Shown here one piece after another: positions 20,701 to 30,800 of a DNA stretch of 64,000 nt. Position 1 is the stretch's first letter. Each line of letters begins with the position of its first letter. The notes beneath the pieces were generated by a model. The model saw only the letters and a list, made by a program, of their open reading frames with translations, had not been told where the DNA came from and searched no databases. Both the position numbers and the translations under genes were made by a program. Origin of the DNA: an uncultured Acidobacteriota bacterium (lineage in GTDB: Bacteria > Acidobacteriota > JAQAZP01); NCBI GenBank assembly GCA_963836075.1, contig CAWIIB010000009.1, positions 640,001 to 704,000 on the forward strand, read 5' to 3'.

Positions 20701-21657
20701 CGACCCCGCCTGGAGGGCGACTTCCGGGTGGAAACCTTGCAGCTCAGGGACTTTGACCTCAAGGGCTGGTCACCGGTACGGGTTACCACCGAGGAGACAG
20801 TGGATACAGAGGAAACGGCCCCGCTGCTCAGCCCCGGCCGCCTGCGGAGCTACGATGGCCGCCTCGCCCTGGAGGTGGCCGAGGCCCGGCTGGGGGACGA
20901 GCGCCTGGGTAAAGCCCGGCTGGACGGAACCCTGGAAAGCGGGAAGCTGAACATCTCCCTCGGAATGGAGATCCCCGGGGGAGAGGTGGCCGCCGGCTGT
21001 ATCTTCACGGCGGAGGATGACGGCGCCTCGACGGAACTGTCGGTAAGCATAAACGACTTCGACTACGGAGACCTGCTGCAGCAGGTGAACAAGGATGCCG
21101 AGGCCCGCGGTACGTTCAGCCTCAGGGCGGACGTGAGCTCCCGGGGAACGGACTTCGCCCAACCCGTCCGGAACGGCAACGGACGGTTCGACTTCACCCT
21201 CTGGCCCGAGAACGCCAAAGCAAAAATATTCGACTACTGGGCGACCAATATCTTCTTCGCCATCCTCCCCGATCTCGATCCCGAGTCAAAGCCCAGCGTC
21301 AACTGTGTCACCGGCTTCTTCGACCTGAACGACGGAGTCCTGACGCCCGAGACCTTGATTATCGACACCACCACGGTCAGGGTGCGGGGCAAGGGATCGA
21401 TTGACCTGAAGAAGAAGCGTGTCGACCTGGTATTGCGGCCACGATCAAAGCGGCCCCAGTTCTTCACTCTGGCCACCCCGCTCACCGTCTCCGGCCCCCT
21501 GTCCGACTTCCGCATCGGGACCACACCGCTCGGGATCGCCGAAACATCAATGCGGTATCTGGCGAGCATCGTCTTTGTTCCCGTGACCTGGATCTTCTCG
21601 GGCATCCTGCCCGAGGAGGGCGAAGACGTCTGCCTTGAACCGCCCGAGGTGCGGTGA
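17713..21657 (+). CDS. AsmA-family (bridge-like lipid transport) protein
   Basis: N-terminal TM anchor, LGRQVTI...NPAGW, long beta-rich repeats, C-terminal NCVTGFF...GKGSIDLK...PLTVSGPLSD. Confidence 0.8.
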   Translation: MAAKKLRRILWIAAAFLALMVALLLVLLLVGVRVDLGGHRGSLETAAAEALGRQVTIVEPLALEVSFSPSLQVGGLQVYNPAGWAADRFADLGPSEIRISLGALLRKKILVHNLAAQGVQLTLLRNRGGEPNWAFDSSGSSGEEDGFGFAGLESFSLTGVDVAYHGGGSDPVKMVIEEITGSVTAKAPVTVIARTSLGDEVLTATLSLPALDEIQERGSPWPLHLQGECAGNTGEVTVHRALFGEETSFDAELHLGGEDLQELGRLAGMELPPAGPFSAAATVSAKGTVLTLADLSVEAAGNRMVGDLGLDLAGGRILVSGNLGMDQLDLEPLLILGGQEETPDDPLRMPDLPDGLGIELVLAIGTILNAPVRAAGLQLELNVDRGELRLPFRGTVEDHSVDGELRAGGERERPHLRLALATGLFDLSPFLDEGAGDESGPVPEEPQENVVAAVAGWMHRLDADLSLHADTLGGIPLGVAKINLEGSLRDGVLNLPARAEVAGATCEGTLKVAARGDGLEAGLDAVAENLDLEALASQVPGLADLHGSVGRLELTLSTQGDEPQSLINGLKADLSLENAELLHRGVTVQGVRFFAGQGRVQLTEFGGSELLRMEVSIGDGRLGILSPQSGPPATTDLPCALEGTLSRTGEVWNMILQSAHLGNSRVAGEATLSPGTERPMLLASLRSEIIDPAELKGLFPEASADSGGGANPPTPVAAPLDLQLELEVDRIPTTVGDVTEIQAALVIDDGLVKEAPASAVIDGTRYEGRFDMEEEDGWMRAGFSLDAGNVDVGSLMSLAGMTRDVEATAGAVHLDIWMAGGNIEEMLEDHRFDFMVEEGRFSVPDLFTEQMRQISIPNALLRRVEKGQYEIELEPSIDGFPALVVDGRIEVTEVRNGTGKKALTHLKLVGPRSETEIESAIALPFTPVGTELGITLSGERLDIFDPLLNVSLPPLGPLHLSGRLWIEEEGLRLTDAAVGVGESILQGTAKLAMTGERPRLEGDFRVETLQLRDFDLKGWSPVRVTTEETVDTEETAPLLSPGRLRSYDGRLALEVAEARLGDERLGKARLDGTLESGKLNISLGMEIPGGEVAAGCIFTAEDDGASTELSVSINDFDYGDLLQQVNKDAEARGTFSLRADVSSRGTDFAQPVRNGNGRFDFTLWPENAKAKIFDYWATNIFFAILPDLDPESKPSVNCVTGFFDLNDGVLTPETLIIDTTTVRVRGKGSIDLKKKRVDLVLRPRSKRPQFFTLATPLTVSGPLSDFRIGTTPLGIAETSMRYLASIVFVPVTWIFSGILPEEGEDVCLEPPEVR

Positions 21658-21760
21658 GCACGGTTGTTGCTCCAGTTCCCGAAGTACCGTATATCTAAGG
21701 TTGATACAATATTATGCACTGCAAGGATAAACCCGAGTTCACCGCATCTGAAAGAAGAGG

Positions 21761-23812
21761 ATGAAAGCAGCGCGGATTCACATCGTCTGTTCCCTGATCG
21801 GCAGCCTGCTGCTCCTCCTCCCTGCCGTGTGCGTCGCCACCGAGAAGGAAGAGCTGGAAGATCGCCTGGTCTTTGCCACCGGCGCGGAGCGTGTGGACCT
21901 GCTGAACGAACTGGCCTACGAGATCAAGGAGATCGAGACGCAGCAGTCGGTGGCTCATTCCACGGAAGCACTGCAACTGGCCCGGGAACTGGACTACGAG
22001 GAGGGAGAAGTCACCGCCCTGAACAATCTGGGGATCGGGCACTACTTCCTCGCCGACTACGCCCGGGCCCTGCTGTACTACACCGAATGCCTGGAACTGG
22101 CCGAGCAGCTGGGAAACCAGGATCGAAGCGCCGCCGCGCTGAACAACATCGGCATCATCCACTTCCTCTGGGGCGAATACGACCAGGCCCTGGACTATTA
22201 CTACCGCGCTCTGGCCATTCGGGAAGCGCTGGGCGACGAACTGGAGATCGCCAAGGGATACAACAACCTGGGCAATGTCTCCGATGCCACGGAAGAGTAC
22301 GCGGAAGCGCTGCGGCACTATGGGGAAGCGATCAGGATCTACGAAAAGCTGGGTGAGCGGCAGTTGATGACCAGCACGCTGAACAATATCGGGCTGGTTC
22401 ACGTGGGGATGGAGCAGTATGACCAGGCGCTGGCCTCCCTGACCCGGGCCCTGGAGATCGGGCGGGAACTTGGCGACCGGGCCAGCATGGGCTTCTCGCT
22501 CAACCACATGGGAATGGTTCACGAGGCGCGGGGTGATTTCCAGGCCGCCCTGAGCAGCTACCAGGAAGCACTTGAGGTGCGCATCTCCATCGGCGACCGG
22601 CAGGGAGAAGCCGACACTCGCAAGAACATCGGAAACATTTTTGCCCAGACCGGCGACCTGGAACGGGCAGTGGACGACCTGGACGAGGCGCTGGCCGTGG
22701 CCAGCGAGATCAACGTCAAGGAGATCGTGCGAGACACGCACCTCTCCCTCTCCGAGCTCCATGAGCGGGCCGGCCGGATGGACATGGCACTGGAGCACTT
22801 CAAGCAGTTCAAGGAAATCAACGACAGCATCTTCAACGAGGCCAGCAGCCGCAAGATGGCCGAACTGCAGACCCGTTTCGAGGTGGAGGGAAAGGACCAG
22901 CAGATCGAACTTCTTGAGCGAAAACGGAAGACACAGCGGACCATCCGCAACATCATCCTGCTCAGTCTTGCCCTGACCGTGGTCATCATCTTCCTGCTCT
23001 ACCGCGGCTACCGCCTGAAGGTCCGCGTCAACCGGGAAATCCGTCGGAAGAACCTGGCCCTGGAGCGGGCCCACGCCGAGCTGGAGGCGGCGGCCCGGAC
23101 CGAACTGGCCCACGTGGCCCGGGTGGCCACCATGGGCGAGCTCTCCGCCGCCTTTGTTCACGAGCTGCGGCAGCCGCTCACCGCCATCCTCCAGAATGCG
23201 AGGGCATCCCAACGATTTCTCCGGGCGACACCGCCCAACGAGCAGGAGGTGGACGGGGCACTGGCCGACATCGTCGAGTCCACCGGTCGGGCCGACGAAA
23301 TCATCACCAGGCTTCGCGCGCTGATGCGCCGCGGCGAAATCAGCCAAGAAAAATTCGACGTCAACGACGCCGTGCGGTTGATCGAGCCCATCGCCCGGGC
23401 CGACGTAAAGACAAAAGACGTGAACCTGGAACTGGCCCTGGAACCGGGCCTGCCGGAGATCGAGGGGGACCGGATCCAGCTGCAGCAGGTGGTGCTCAAT
23501 CTGATCCAGAACGGGGCCGCGGCGATGAAGGGAGCCGCATCCGGCAGCGCACTGCAGGTAACCACCTCCGTTGACGAGGAAAACAGAATCATGGTATCGG
23601 TGAGGGATGCCGGTCCGGCCATCGACGATGAGGTACTGGAGCAGATGTTCGACCCGTTCTACACCACCCGTGAGGATGGCCTGGGCATGGGGCTGCCCAT
23701 CTGCCGCACCATCATCAAGGCCCACGGGGGAAAGCTGTGGGCAGAGCGCAACACTGACCGGGGTCTGACCGTGCAGTTCTCGTTGCCCACAGGGGAAGCG
23801 GATGATGCCTGA
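21761..23812 (+). CDS. Periplasmic TPR-repeat sensor histidine kinase (FixL-like kinase core)
   Basis: Signal peptide, several LNNLG/LNNIG TPR repeats, TM, HELRQPL H-box, NLIQN, DAGP, GLGMGL. Confidence 0.9.
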   Translation: MKAARIHIVCSLIGSLLLLLPAVCVATEKEELEDRLVFATGAERVDLLNELAYEIKEIETQQSVAHSTEALQLARELDYEEGEVTALNNLGIGHYFLADYARALLYYTECLELAEQLGNQDRSAAALNNIGIIHFLWGEYDQALDYYYRALAIREALGDELEIAKGYNNLGNVSDATEEYAEALRHYGEAIRIYEKLGERQLMTSTLNNIGLVHVGMEQYDQALASLTRALEIGRELGDRASMGFSLNHMGMVHEARGDFQAALSSYQEALEVRISIGDRQGEADTRKNIGNIFAQTGDLERAVDDLDEALAVASEINVKEIVRDTHLSLSELHERAGRMDMALEHFKQFKEINDSIFNEASSRKMAELQTRFEVEGKDQQIELLERKRKTQRTIRNIILLSLALTVVIIFLLYRGYRLKVRVNREIRRKNLALERAHAELEAAARTELAHVARVATMGELSAAFVHELRQPLTAILQNARASQRFLRATPPNEQEVDGALADIVESTGRADEIITRLRALMRRGEISQEKFDVNDAVRLIEPIARADVKTKDVNLELALEPGLPEIEGDRIQLQQVVLNLIQNGAAAMKGAASGSALQVTTSVDEENRIMVSVRDAGPAIDDEVLEQMFDPFYTTREDGLGMGLPICRTIIKAHGGKLWAERNTDRGLTVQFSLPTGEADDA

Positions 23813-24446
23813 AACCGAACCAGTGGTCTTCGTGGTGGATGACGATCCGGCGATCCGGGAGTCCCTCAAGCGGCTGTTCAAATCTGTGGGGATGGAGGTT
23901 CAGGCATTCGAGTCGGCCCGCGAGTTCGTCGGCTTCCAGCTGCCCGATCGGCCCTGCTGCCTGGTGCTCGACGTGCGCATGCCGCGAATGAGCGGCCTCG
24001 ACCTGCAGCGGGAACTGGAGAAAAGAGGATCGCTCCTGCCGATCATCTTCATCACCGCCCACGGTGACGTTCCCATGGCCGTGGATGCGATGAAGGTCGG
24101 GGCCATCGATTTCCTGCAGAAGCCGTTCAGCGACCAGCAGCTGCTCGACGCCGTCCAGCGCGCCATCGAGCTGGACCGTGAAGACCGGGCCGAGCGCGAG
24201 GAACGGGCCGCCGTCCAGGACCGGGTGGACACACTCACACCCCGCGAACTGGAAGTGATGTCGTTGGTGGTCAGCGGTATGCTGAACAAGCAGATCGCCT
24301 TCGACCTGGGCACCAGCGAAAAGACCATCAAGGTCCACCGCGGCCGGGTGATGGAAAAGATGAAGGCCGACTCGCTGGCCCACCTGGTCAAACTTGCCGG
24401 AACCGTTGGAATCCACGGAAAGGGGGATACGCCTGACAACGACTGA
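23802..24446 (+). CDS. FixJ/LuxR-family response regulator
   Basis: VVDDD...LDVRMP...FITAHGD...KPF; LTPRELEV...NKQIA...TIKVHRGRVMEKM. Confidence 0.93.
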   Translation: MMPETEPVVFVVDDDPAIRESLKRLFKSVGMEVQAFESAREFVGFQLPDRPCCLVLDVRMPRMSGLDLQRELEKRGSLLPIIFITAHGDVPMAVDAMKVGAIDFLQKPFSDQQLLDAVQRAIELDREDRAEREERAAVQDRVDTLTPRELEVMSLVVSGMLNKQIAFDLGTSEKTIKVHRGRVMEKMKADSLAHLVKLAGTVGIHGKGDTPDND

Positions 24447-24571
24447 ACCACGGCCCCACCCTGGACCCCGCCTCTCGTCCCACCTTTAAAATATTGTCAT
24501 CATTGCAGTTTCACCTATAACGTCCCGGCGCTCCCCATGGGACACGGGGTACCCCCGGGCCCATCCATATG

Positions 24572-24583
24572 GGACCAAGGTCC
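24572..24583. promoter_or_regulatory. Palindromic candidate operator GGACC-AA-GGTCC
   Basis: Perfect inverted repeat between the FixJ-type regulator and the next gene. Confidence 0.35.
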
Positions 24584-24704
24584 AATTGTGGCGCACTCTC
24601 CCCGAGACGTATCCTTTCATCGTCACGTGTTGATGCTTGTCTGCAATTCGGTCGGTTCGGTTGATTCGGACCCATACCGTCGAACAACCCAAGGAGGAAG
24701 AGTG

Positions 24705-26258
24705 ATGAAGAGGACCCTGATTCTGCTGGCAGCGGTTGCGATGTTCGCCTGGACGGCCATGCCCGCCGTCTGCGCCGTCGAGGACTTCGAGGACGGCGTG
24801 GCCGACTACGGCTGGTCCTTCGGCTTTGCCGACGTGGTTCAGTCCACCGGCGGCAACCCCGGTTACTGGCTGAACAACCCGTCGCTGGACACCTTCGCCC
24901 CCATTCTGTCCACGGAAGAGGGCGCGGCCGATTTCACCGGTGACTACCGGGCCATGGGCGTGACCGCCATCAGCTTCGACGCCCGGACCGACTACATCGA
25001 CTTCGGCCCGGTGCCCATTGAGATGTCGGTGCTCCTGCGCGACACCAAGGGGACGCCGAGTGTGGATGACGACGACTACGCCTACTTCCCGGGCGCGATC
25101 ATTCCCCAGCCGGGTGAAGGCTGGCTGCACTACGAGTTCATCATCCCCAGCGCCTCCACCGAAGCCGTTCCCGCCGGCTGGTCCGGCGGCTGGGTCGGCG
25201 ACGGCGAGAACTTCCGCCCCGGCATCGACTGGAACGACGTGATCACTGGCGTCGACGTTGTCGAGATCTGGTGGTTCCACCCAGCCTACTTCGGCATCTT
25301 CCAGAACTGGAACGTGGGCGTGGACAACATCACCATCACCGTGGATCCGGGCTGTGCCGTCGAGGATTTCGAGGACGGCGTGGCCGATTACGGCCTCTCC
25401 TTCGGCTTTGCCGACGTGGTTCAGTCCACCGGCGGCAACCCCGGTTACTGGCTGAACAACCCGTCGCTGGACACCTTCGCTCCCATCCTGTCCACCGATG
25501 AGGGCGCTGCCGATTTCACCGGCGACTACCGCGGGATGGGCGTGACCACCATCACATTCGACGCCCGCACCGACCACATGGACTTCGGTTACAACCCCAT
25601 CGAGATGTCGGTGCTGCTGCGCGACACCAAGGGCACGCCGACAGTGGATGACGACGACTACGCCTACTTCCCGGGCCAGCTCATTCCCGAGATCGGCGTG
25701 GGGTGGGTACACTACGAGTTCACCATCCCCAGCGCCTCCCTAGACGCCGTTCCCGCCGGCTGGTCCGGCGGCTGGGTCGGTGACGGCGAGAACTTCCGCC
25801 CCGGCGTGGAGTGGAGCGACGTGATCACCAGCGTCGACGTGCTGGAGATCTGGTGGTTCCACCCGGCCTACTTCGGGATTTTCCAGAACTGGAATGTGGG
25901 CGTGGACAACCTGGCCATCTGCTACGGCGGCCCGGACTTCGGTGCGGCCCTCGACGTGACCCCCGAGACCGGCACCCTGCCCTTCCCGCTGACGGTTGTC
26001 CCCCAGGTGTGTAACTTCGACAGCGTTCACCACCAGTACTACGGCCAGATCGACTTCACGCGGGCCAACGGTGTGGTGGTCAACGACTGGCGCCACGGCA
26101 CGGTGACGGTGCCCCCGGGCGACTGCAAGCTTCCCAGCTTCCAGTTCAACCTGCCGGCCTACGATGCCCTGCGCGGCAACAACACCCTCACCCTCACTTT
26201 CGAGAACCTCGACACGGGCGTGGTCCAGTCGGCCACCGCGGTTGTGAACGCCAACTAA
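24705..26258 (+). CDS. Secreted protein with two near-identical ~194-aa domains and a degenerate copy of the shared C-terminal domain
   Basis: AGGAGG RBS, signal peptide MKRTLILL; repeats start at 24771 and 25353; C-terminus VTPETGTLPF...NLPAYDALRGNNTLTL. Confidence 0.8.
   Translation: MKRTLILLAAVAMFAWTAMPAVCAVEDFEDGVADYGWSFGFADVVQSTGGNPGYWLNNPSLDTFAPILSTEEGAADFTGDYRAMGVTAISFDARTDYIDFGPVPIEMSVLLRDTKGTPSVDDDDYAYFPGAIIPQPGEGWLHYEFIIPSASTEAVPAGWSGGWVGDGENFRPGIDWNDVITGVDVVEIWWFHPAYFGIFQNWNVGVDNITITVDPGCAVEDFEDGVADYGLSFGFADVVQSTGGNPGYWLNNPSLDTFAPILSTDEGAADFTGDYRGMGVTTITFDARTDHMDFGYNPIEMSVLLRDTKGTPTVDDDDYAYFPGQLIPEIGVGWVHYEFTIPSASLDAVPAGWSGGWVGDGENFRPGVEWSDVITSVDVLEIWWFHPAYFGIFQNWNVGVDNLAICYGGPDFGAALDVTPETGTLPFPLTVVPQVCNFDSVHHQYYGQIDFTRANGVVVNDWRHGTVTVPPGDCKLPSFQFNLPAYDALRGNNTLTLTFENLDTGVVQSATAVVNAN
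24771..25925 (+). repeat. Intragenic tandem duplication, 582-bp period
   Basis: Two copies of CAVEDFEDGVADYG...FQNWNVGVDN with long identical nucleotide stretches. Confidence 0.9.
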
Positions 26259-26356
26259 ACATCGTCACGGCCCGCTCCAGCGAGCGGCGCCGGCGACCGA
26301 TGACCTCCAGCGGCCCGGGGGCAACCCCGGGCCGCTGACTGTATACCGGGGAATTC

Positions 26357-26728
26357 ATGAGCAGCCAGCCCAACACCATCTTCGTCATCGACGACGATCC
26401 GGCCATCCGCCGGGCGCTGCGCCGGCTGCTCACCGCGGAAGGGTACGAGGTGAAAACCTTTGATTCGGCCCGGGAGTTCCTGCGGCTCCGCTACCCGGAA
26501 GCACCGGCCTGCCTGATTCTCGATGTTCGTATGCCGCGGATGAGCGGCCTCGAACTGCAGCGGCGGCTGGCCGAAGAGGGGCTGAAGATCCCCATCATCT
26601 TCATCACCGGACACGGTGACGAGGAGATGGCCGCGGCGGCCCGGGAGGCCGGCGCCGAGGATTTCCTGCACAAACCGCTGCTTGATCACCAGCTTTTGGA
26701 CATCGTCAGGAGTGTCCTTGAATCCTGA
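26357..26728 (+). CDS. Stand-alone receiver domain protein (FixJ-like)
   Basis: VIDDD...LDVRMP...FITGHGD...KP; no output domain. Confidence 0.9.
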   Translation: MSSQPNTIFVIDDDPAIRRALRRLLTAEGYEVKTFDSAREFLRLRYPEAPACLILDVRMPRMSGLELQRRLAEEGLKIPIIFITGHGDEEMAAAAREAGAEDFLHKPLLDHQLLDIVRSVLES

Positions 26729-26856
26729 TAAGCCCCTGGATCCGAATCACCAGCCACAGCCCCGCATCCAATCCTGACGATTTCACTTTTTAGAACGCAC
26801 CGCCCCGAAACGATGTAAAATGCTCGCTCTAGGCAAACAACCCGGGGAGGTGAGCG

Positions 26857-29563
26857 ATGATATTCGAAGAATTCAAGGAACAGCTGCCGGACAGTGACCC
26901 ACTGGAAACAAGGGAGTGGATGGATTCGCTCGACGAGGTGGTGCAGCGGGCCGGGGCGGACCGCGCCCAGTTCCTGCTCTACAAGGTGCTGAAAAGGGCC
27001 AAGCAGCTGAACCTCGGCCTGCCGCCCACCACCCAGACCCGCTACATCAACACCATCAGCCCCGAGCAGGAGCCGGACTTCCCCGGCGACGAGGCGATGG
27101 AGCGGCGGATCCGGCGGCTGATCCGCTGGAACGCCGTGGCCATGGTCACCCGGGCCAACAACCACTACGCCGGGCTGGGCGGCCACCTCTCCAGCTACGC
27201 CTCGGCGGCCTCGCTCTACGAGGTGGGCTTCAACCACTTCTTCCGCGGCAAGGACGACAACGGCACCGGCGACCTGATCTTCTTCCAGGGCCACGCCTCC
27301 CCCGGGATCTACGCCCGGGCCTTTCTGGAGGGCCGGTTCGATGAGGCGCAGCTGGACCGTTTCCGCCGCGAGGCCTTCGCCCCGGGGCTCTCCAGCTACC
27401 CCCACCCGCGGCTGATGCCCGACTTCTGGGAGTTCCCCACGGTCTCCATGGGCCTCGGTCCTTTGAACGCCATCTACCAGGCGCGGTTCCTGCGCTACCT
27501 GCAGAACCGCGGCATCGCCGACACCAGCGGCCGGCGGGTCTGGGCTTTTCTCGGCGACGGCGAGACCGACGAGCCCGAATCGCTGGCCGCGCTGCGGCTG
27601 GCCTCCCGCGAGGGGCTGGACAACCTGATCTTCGTGGTCAACTGCAACCTGCAGCGGCTGGACGGGCCGGTGCGGGGCAACGGCAAGATCATCCAGGAAC
27701 TGGAGGCGTGTGTTCCGCGGCGCCGGCTGGAACGTCTTCAAGGTGATCTGGGGCCGGGAGTGGGACGAGCTGCTGAAGAACGACCTGGACGGACAGCTGG
27801 TGAAACGGATGGGCGACACCCTGGACGGCGACTACCAGCGCTTCCGCGTGGAGACCGGGGCCTACATCCGCGAGCACTTCTTCGGCCCGGAGCCGGCACT
27901 GCAGAAGCTGGTGGAGCACCTGGACGACGAACAGCTGAAACGGCTGCGCCGCGGTGGGCACGACTACCGCAAGCTCTACGCCGCATACAAGGCGGCCACC
28001 GAAATCGGAGGGCGGCCCTCGGTGATCCTGGCCAAGACGGTCAAGGGCTGGACCCTGGGTGACGAGTTCGAAGGGCGCAACGCCACCCACCAGATGAAGA
28101 AGCTGAACGAAAAGGAGCTGAAGGTCTTCCGCGACCGGCTGGAACTGCCGATTCCCGACGAGAAGATATCGGAAGCGCCCTACTACCACCCCGGCCCGGA
28201 GAGCGAGGAGGTTCGCTACATGCTGGAGCGGCGGCAGGCCCTGGGCGGTCTCGGTGCCCAAACGCGTGGTGCTGCCGGTGCAGCTGGACCTCCCCGGCGA
28301 GAAGGCCTTCGCCGAGTTCCACGCCGGCACCGAGGAGGCGAAGCAGGAAGCCTCCACCACCATGGCCTTTGCCCGGCTGGTGCGCAACCTGATGAAGGAC
28401 AAGTCGATCGGCTCGCGGGTGGTGCCGATCATCCCCGACGAGGCGCGGACCTTCGGCATGGACCCCTTCTTCAGCCAGTTCAAGATCTACTCGCCCCAGG
28501 GACAGAACTACCAGCCGGTGGACGCCGATTTCGTGCTCAGCTACAAGGAGGCCGTGGACGGCCAGATCCTCGAGGAGGGGATCACCGAGGCCGGGGCCAT
28601 GGCCTCCTTCACCGCCGCGGGCACCAGCTACGCCACCAACGGCGAGCCCATGCTGCCGCTCTACATCTTCTACTCCATGTTCGGTTTCCAGCGGGTGGGC
28701 GACTCCATCTGGTCCTTTGCCGACAACCGCGGCCGGGGCTTCCTGCTGGGGGCCACCGCCGGACGCACCACCCTCAACGGCGAGGGCCTGCAGCACCAGG
28801 ACGGCCACAGCCTGCTGCTGGCCGCCACCGTACCCTCCTGCCGGGCCTACGACCCGGCCTACGCCTACGAGATGGCGGTGATCGTGGAAGAGGGCATGCG
28901 CCGGATGCTGGACAACAGCGAGGACATCTTCTACTACCTCACCCTCTACAACGAGGCCTACGTCATGCCCCGGCATGCCCGAGGGGGCGAAGGAGGGTAT
29001 CCTCAGGGGCCTCTACCTGGTCAAAGCCTGCAGAGGGGGATCACCCGCTCCGTGTCCAACTGCTCGGCTCCGGCCCGATCCTGCGCGAGGCGATCCGGGC
29101 CCAGGCGATTCTCGCCGAAAAATTCCAGGTATCGGCCGACGTCTGGAGCGTCACCAGCTACGGCGAGCTGCGGCGGGACGCCCTGGACTGTGAACGGCAC
29201 GCCGGCATGTACCCCGACGAGACGGCCCGCACGCCCTACATCACCGAACAGTTGGGCACGGTTGAGGGGCCGGTGATCGCGGCCACCGACTATCTCAAGG
29301 CGGTGCCCGACCTGGTGGCCCGCTGGGTGCCCGGCGATTTCACGGTCCTGGGCACCGACGGGTTCGGCCGCAGTGACACCCGGCAGGCGTTGCGCTACTT
29401 TTTCGAGATCGATGCCGAGCACATCGCGGCATCGGCCCTGGCGGCCCTGGCCCGGCAGGGGAAGATCGAGGCGGAACTGGTGAGCGAAGCCTTGAAAACG
29501 CTGGAGATCTGCCACACCACACCCAACCCCTGGGACTGCGCCCCCTGCCACGGGACCGACTGA
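26857..29563 (+). pseudogene. aceE: Pyruvate dehydrogenase E1 (homodimeric AceE) broken by four +1 frameshifts, probably sequencing artefacts
   Basis: [59 protein letters not shown]; frame changes near 27709, 28250, 28968-71, 29023-25. Confidence 0.9.
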
Positions 29564-29602
29564 CCGGTCGATCACAATGGCCCGCACCACCATGGTGCGG
29601 AC

Positions 29603-29634
29603 TTGCAGAGCGTTATGCTCAGCTGTATATTACG
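29603..29634 (+). promoter_or_regulatory. sigma70 promoter (TTGCAG-17-TATATT) overlapped by a ModE-type box CGTTATGCT-CAGCTG-TATATTACG
   Basis: Box 29611-29634 resembles the ModE consensus CGTTATATA-N-TATATAACG, directly upstream of modE-modABC. Confidence 0.7.
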
Positions 29635-29638
29635 GTCC

Positions 29639-29995
29639 ATGGGCAAGAAGGGGACAGATCGGCGGTACCGGGTGCGGGGCAAACTCTGGATCGAGGGACC
29701 GGAAGGGACCTTTATCGGCTATGGCCGGGCCGTGCTGCTGGAGCGGATCGGGGAACATGGTTCGATCAGCGCGGCGGCCCGCTCGATGAAGATGTCCTAC
29801 CGTCACGCCTGGAAGCTGGTGGATTCGATGAACCGCCAGGGCCGCTCACCACTGGTGGTGACCAGTACCGGCGGCAAGGGCGGCGGCGGGACAGCACTGA
29901 CCGAAACCGGCGAACAGGCGGTCACGGCCTTCCGTGCCGCCTGGAAGGAACTGGGGGCCTTTCTCCAGCGGCGCACCGGCAAGCTCGACTTCTGA
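29639..29995 (+). CDS. modE: Molybdate-responsive regulator ModE (winged-helix domain only)
   Basis: GRAVLLERIGEHGSISAAARSMKMSYRHAWKLVDSMN...GGKGGGG. Confidence 0.9.
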   Translation: MGKKGTDRRYRVRGKLWIEGPEGTFIGYGRAVLLERIGEHGSISAAARSMKMSYRHAWKLVDSMNRQGRSPLVVTSTGGKGGGGTALTETGEQAVTAFRAAWKELGAFLQRRTGKLDF

Positions 29996-30029
29996 AAGAT
30001 TCCACACCACACCTGGATCAGGAGACCGA

Positions 30030-30800
30030 ATGCACCGACAGTTCACGGTCATGATCATCATTACCGCAATGCTCCTGCTCGGTCCCGCCGCCGCGGCCGA
30101 CGAGATCCGGGTGGCGGTGGCGGCCAACTTCGCCGACGCCATGAACGCCCTGGTCTCCAGCTTTGAAGCTGCCAGCGGCCACACGGTGGTCCCGGTCTTC
30201 GGCTCCACCGGCAAGCACTACGCCCAGATCGTCAACGGCGCCCCTTTTGCCGCTTTCCTCGCCGCCGATGTGGAACGGCCGAAGCTGCTGGAGGATAAGG
30301 GCCTGGCCCAAACCGGCAGCCGCCTCACCTACGCCGTGGGCCGCCTGGTGCTCTGGAGTCGGACGGACGGCCTTGTCGACCCCGCCGGCGAGGTTCTGTG
30401 GCGGGGGACCTTCCGGCACCTGGCCATCGCCAGCCCCCAGCTGGCCCCCTACGGCGCCGCCGCCGAGGAGACGCTGCGGGCCATGGAACTGTGGGAACGG
30501 CTGGAACCTCGCCTGGTGCGCGGCGAGAGCATCAGCCAGGCCTTCCAGTTCGTGCGCACCGGCAACGCCGAGCTGGGGTTCGTGGCCCTCTCACAGCTCC
30601 GGCGGCACGGGCAAACGCAGGAGGGATCATCCTGGCTCGTCCCCCAGGAACACCACCGGCCCATCGAACAGCAGGCCGTCCTGCTCACCGATTCGAAAGC
30701 GGCGCGGCAGTTCCTCGATTTCCTCAGGGGGGACGCGGCCCGGGAGATCATCCTCCGCTACGGCTACACCATTCCCGAACCGGAGGCCGCTGCACCGTGA
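30030..30800 (+). CDS. modA: Molybdate ABC transporter substrate-binding protein
   Basis: [38 protein letters not shown]. Confidence 0.93.
   Translation: MHRQFTVMIIITAMLLLGPAAAADEIRVAVAANFADAMNALVSSFEAASGHTVVPVFGSTGKHYAQIVNGAPFAAFLAADVERPKLLEDKGLAQTGSRLTYAVGRLVLWSRTDGLVDPAGEVLWRGTFRHLAIASPQLAPYGAAAEETLRAMELWERLEPRLVRGESISQAFQFVRTGNAELGFVALSQLRRHGQTQEGSSWLVPQEHHRPIEQQAVLLTDSKAARQFLDFLRGDAAREIILRYGYTIPEPEAAAP

Noticed and set aside
21695-23881. Long antisense ORFs (also 3344-5098, 13903-15165, 36153-37628, 58360-60474, 61790-63133)
   Set aside because: Shadow frames of high-GC genes on the opposite strand; no recognisable motifs.
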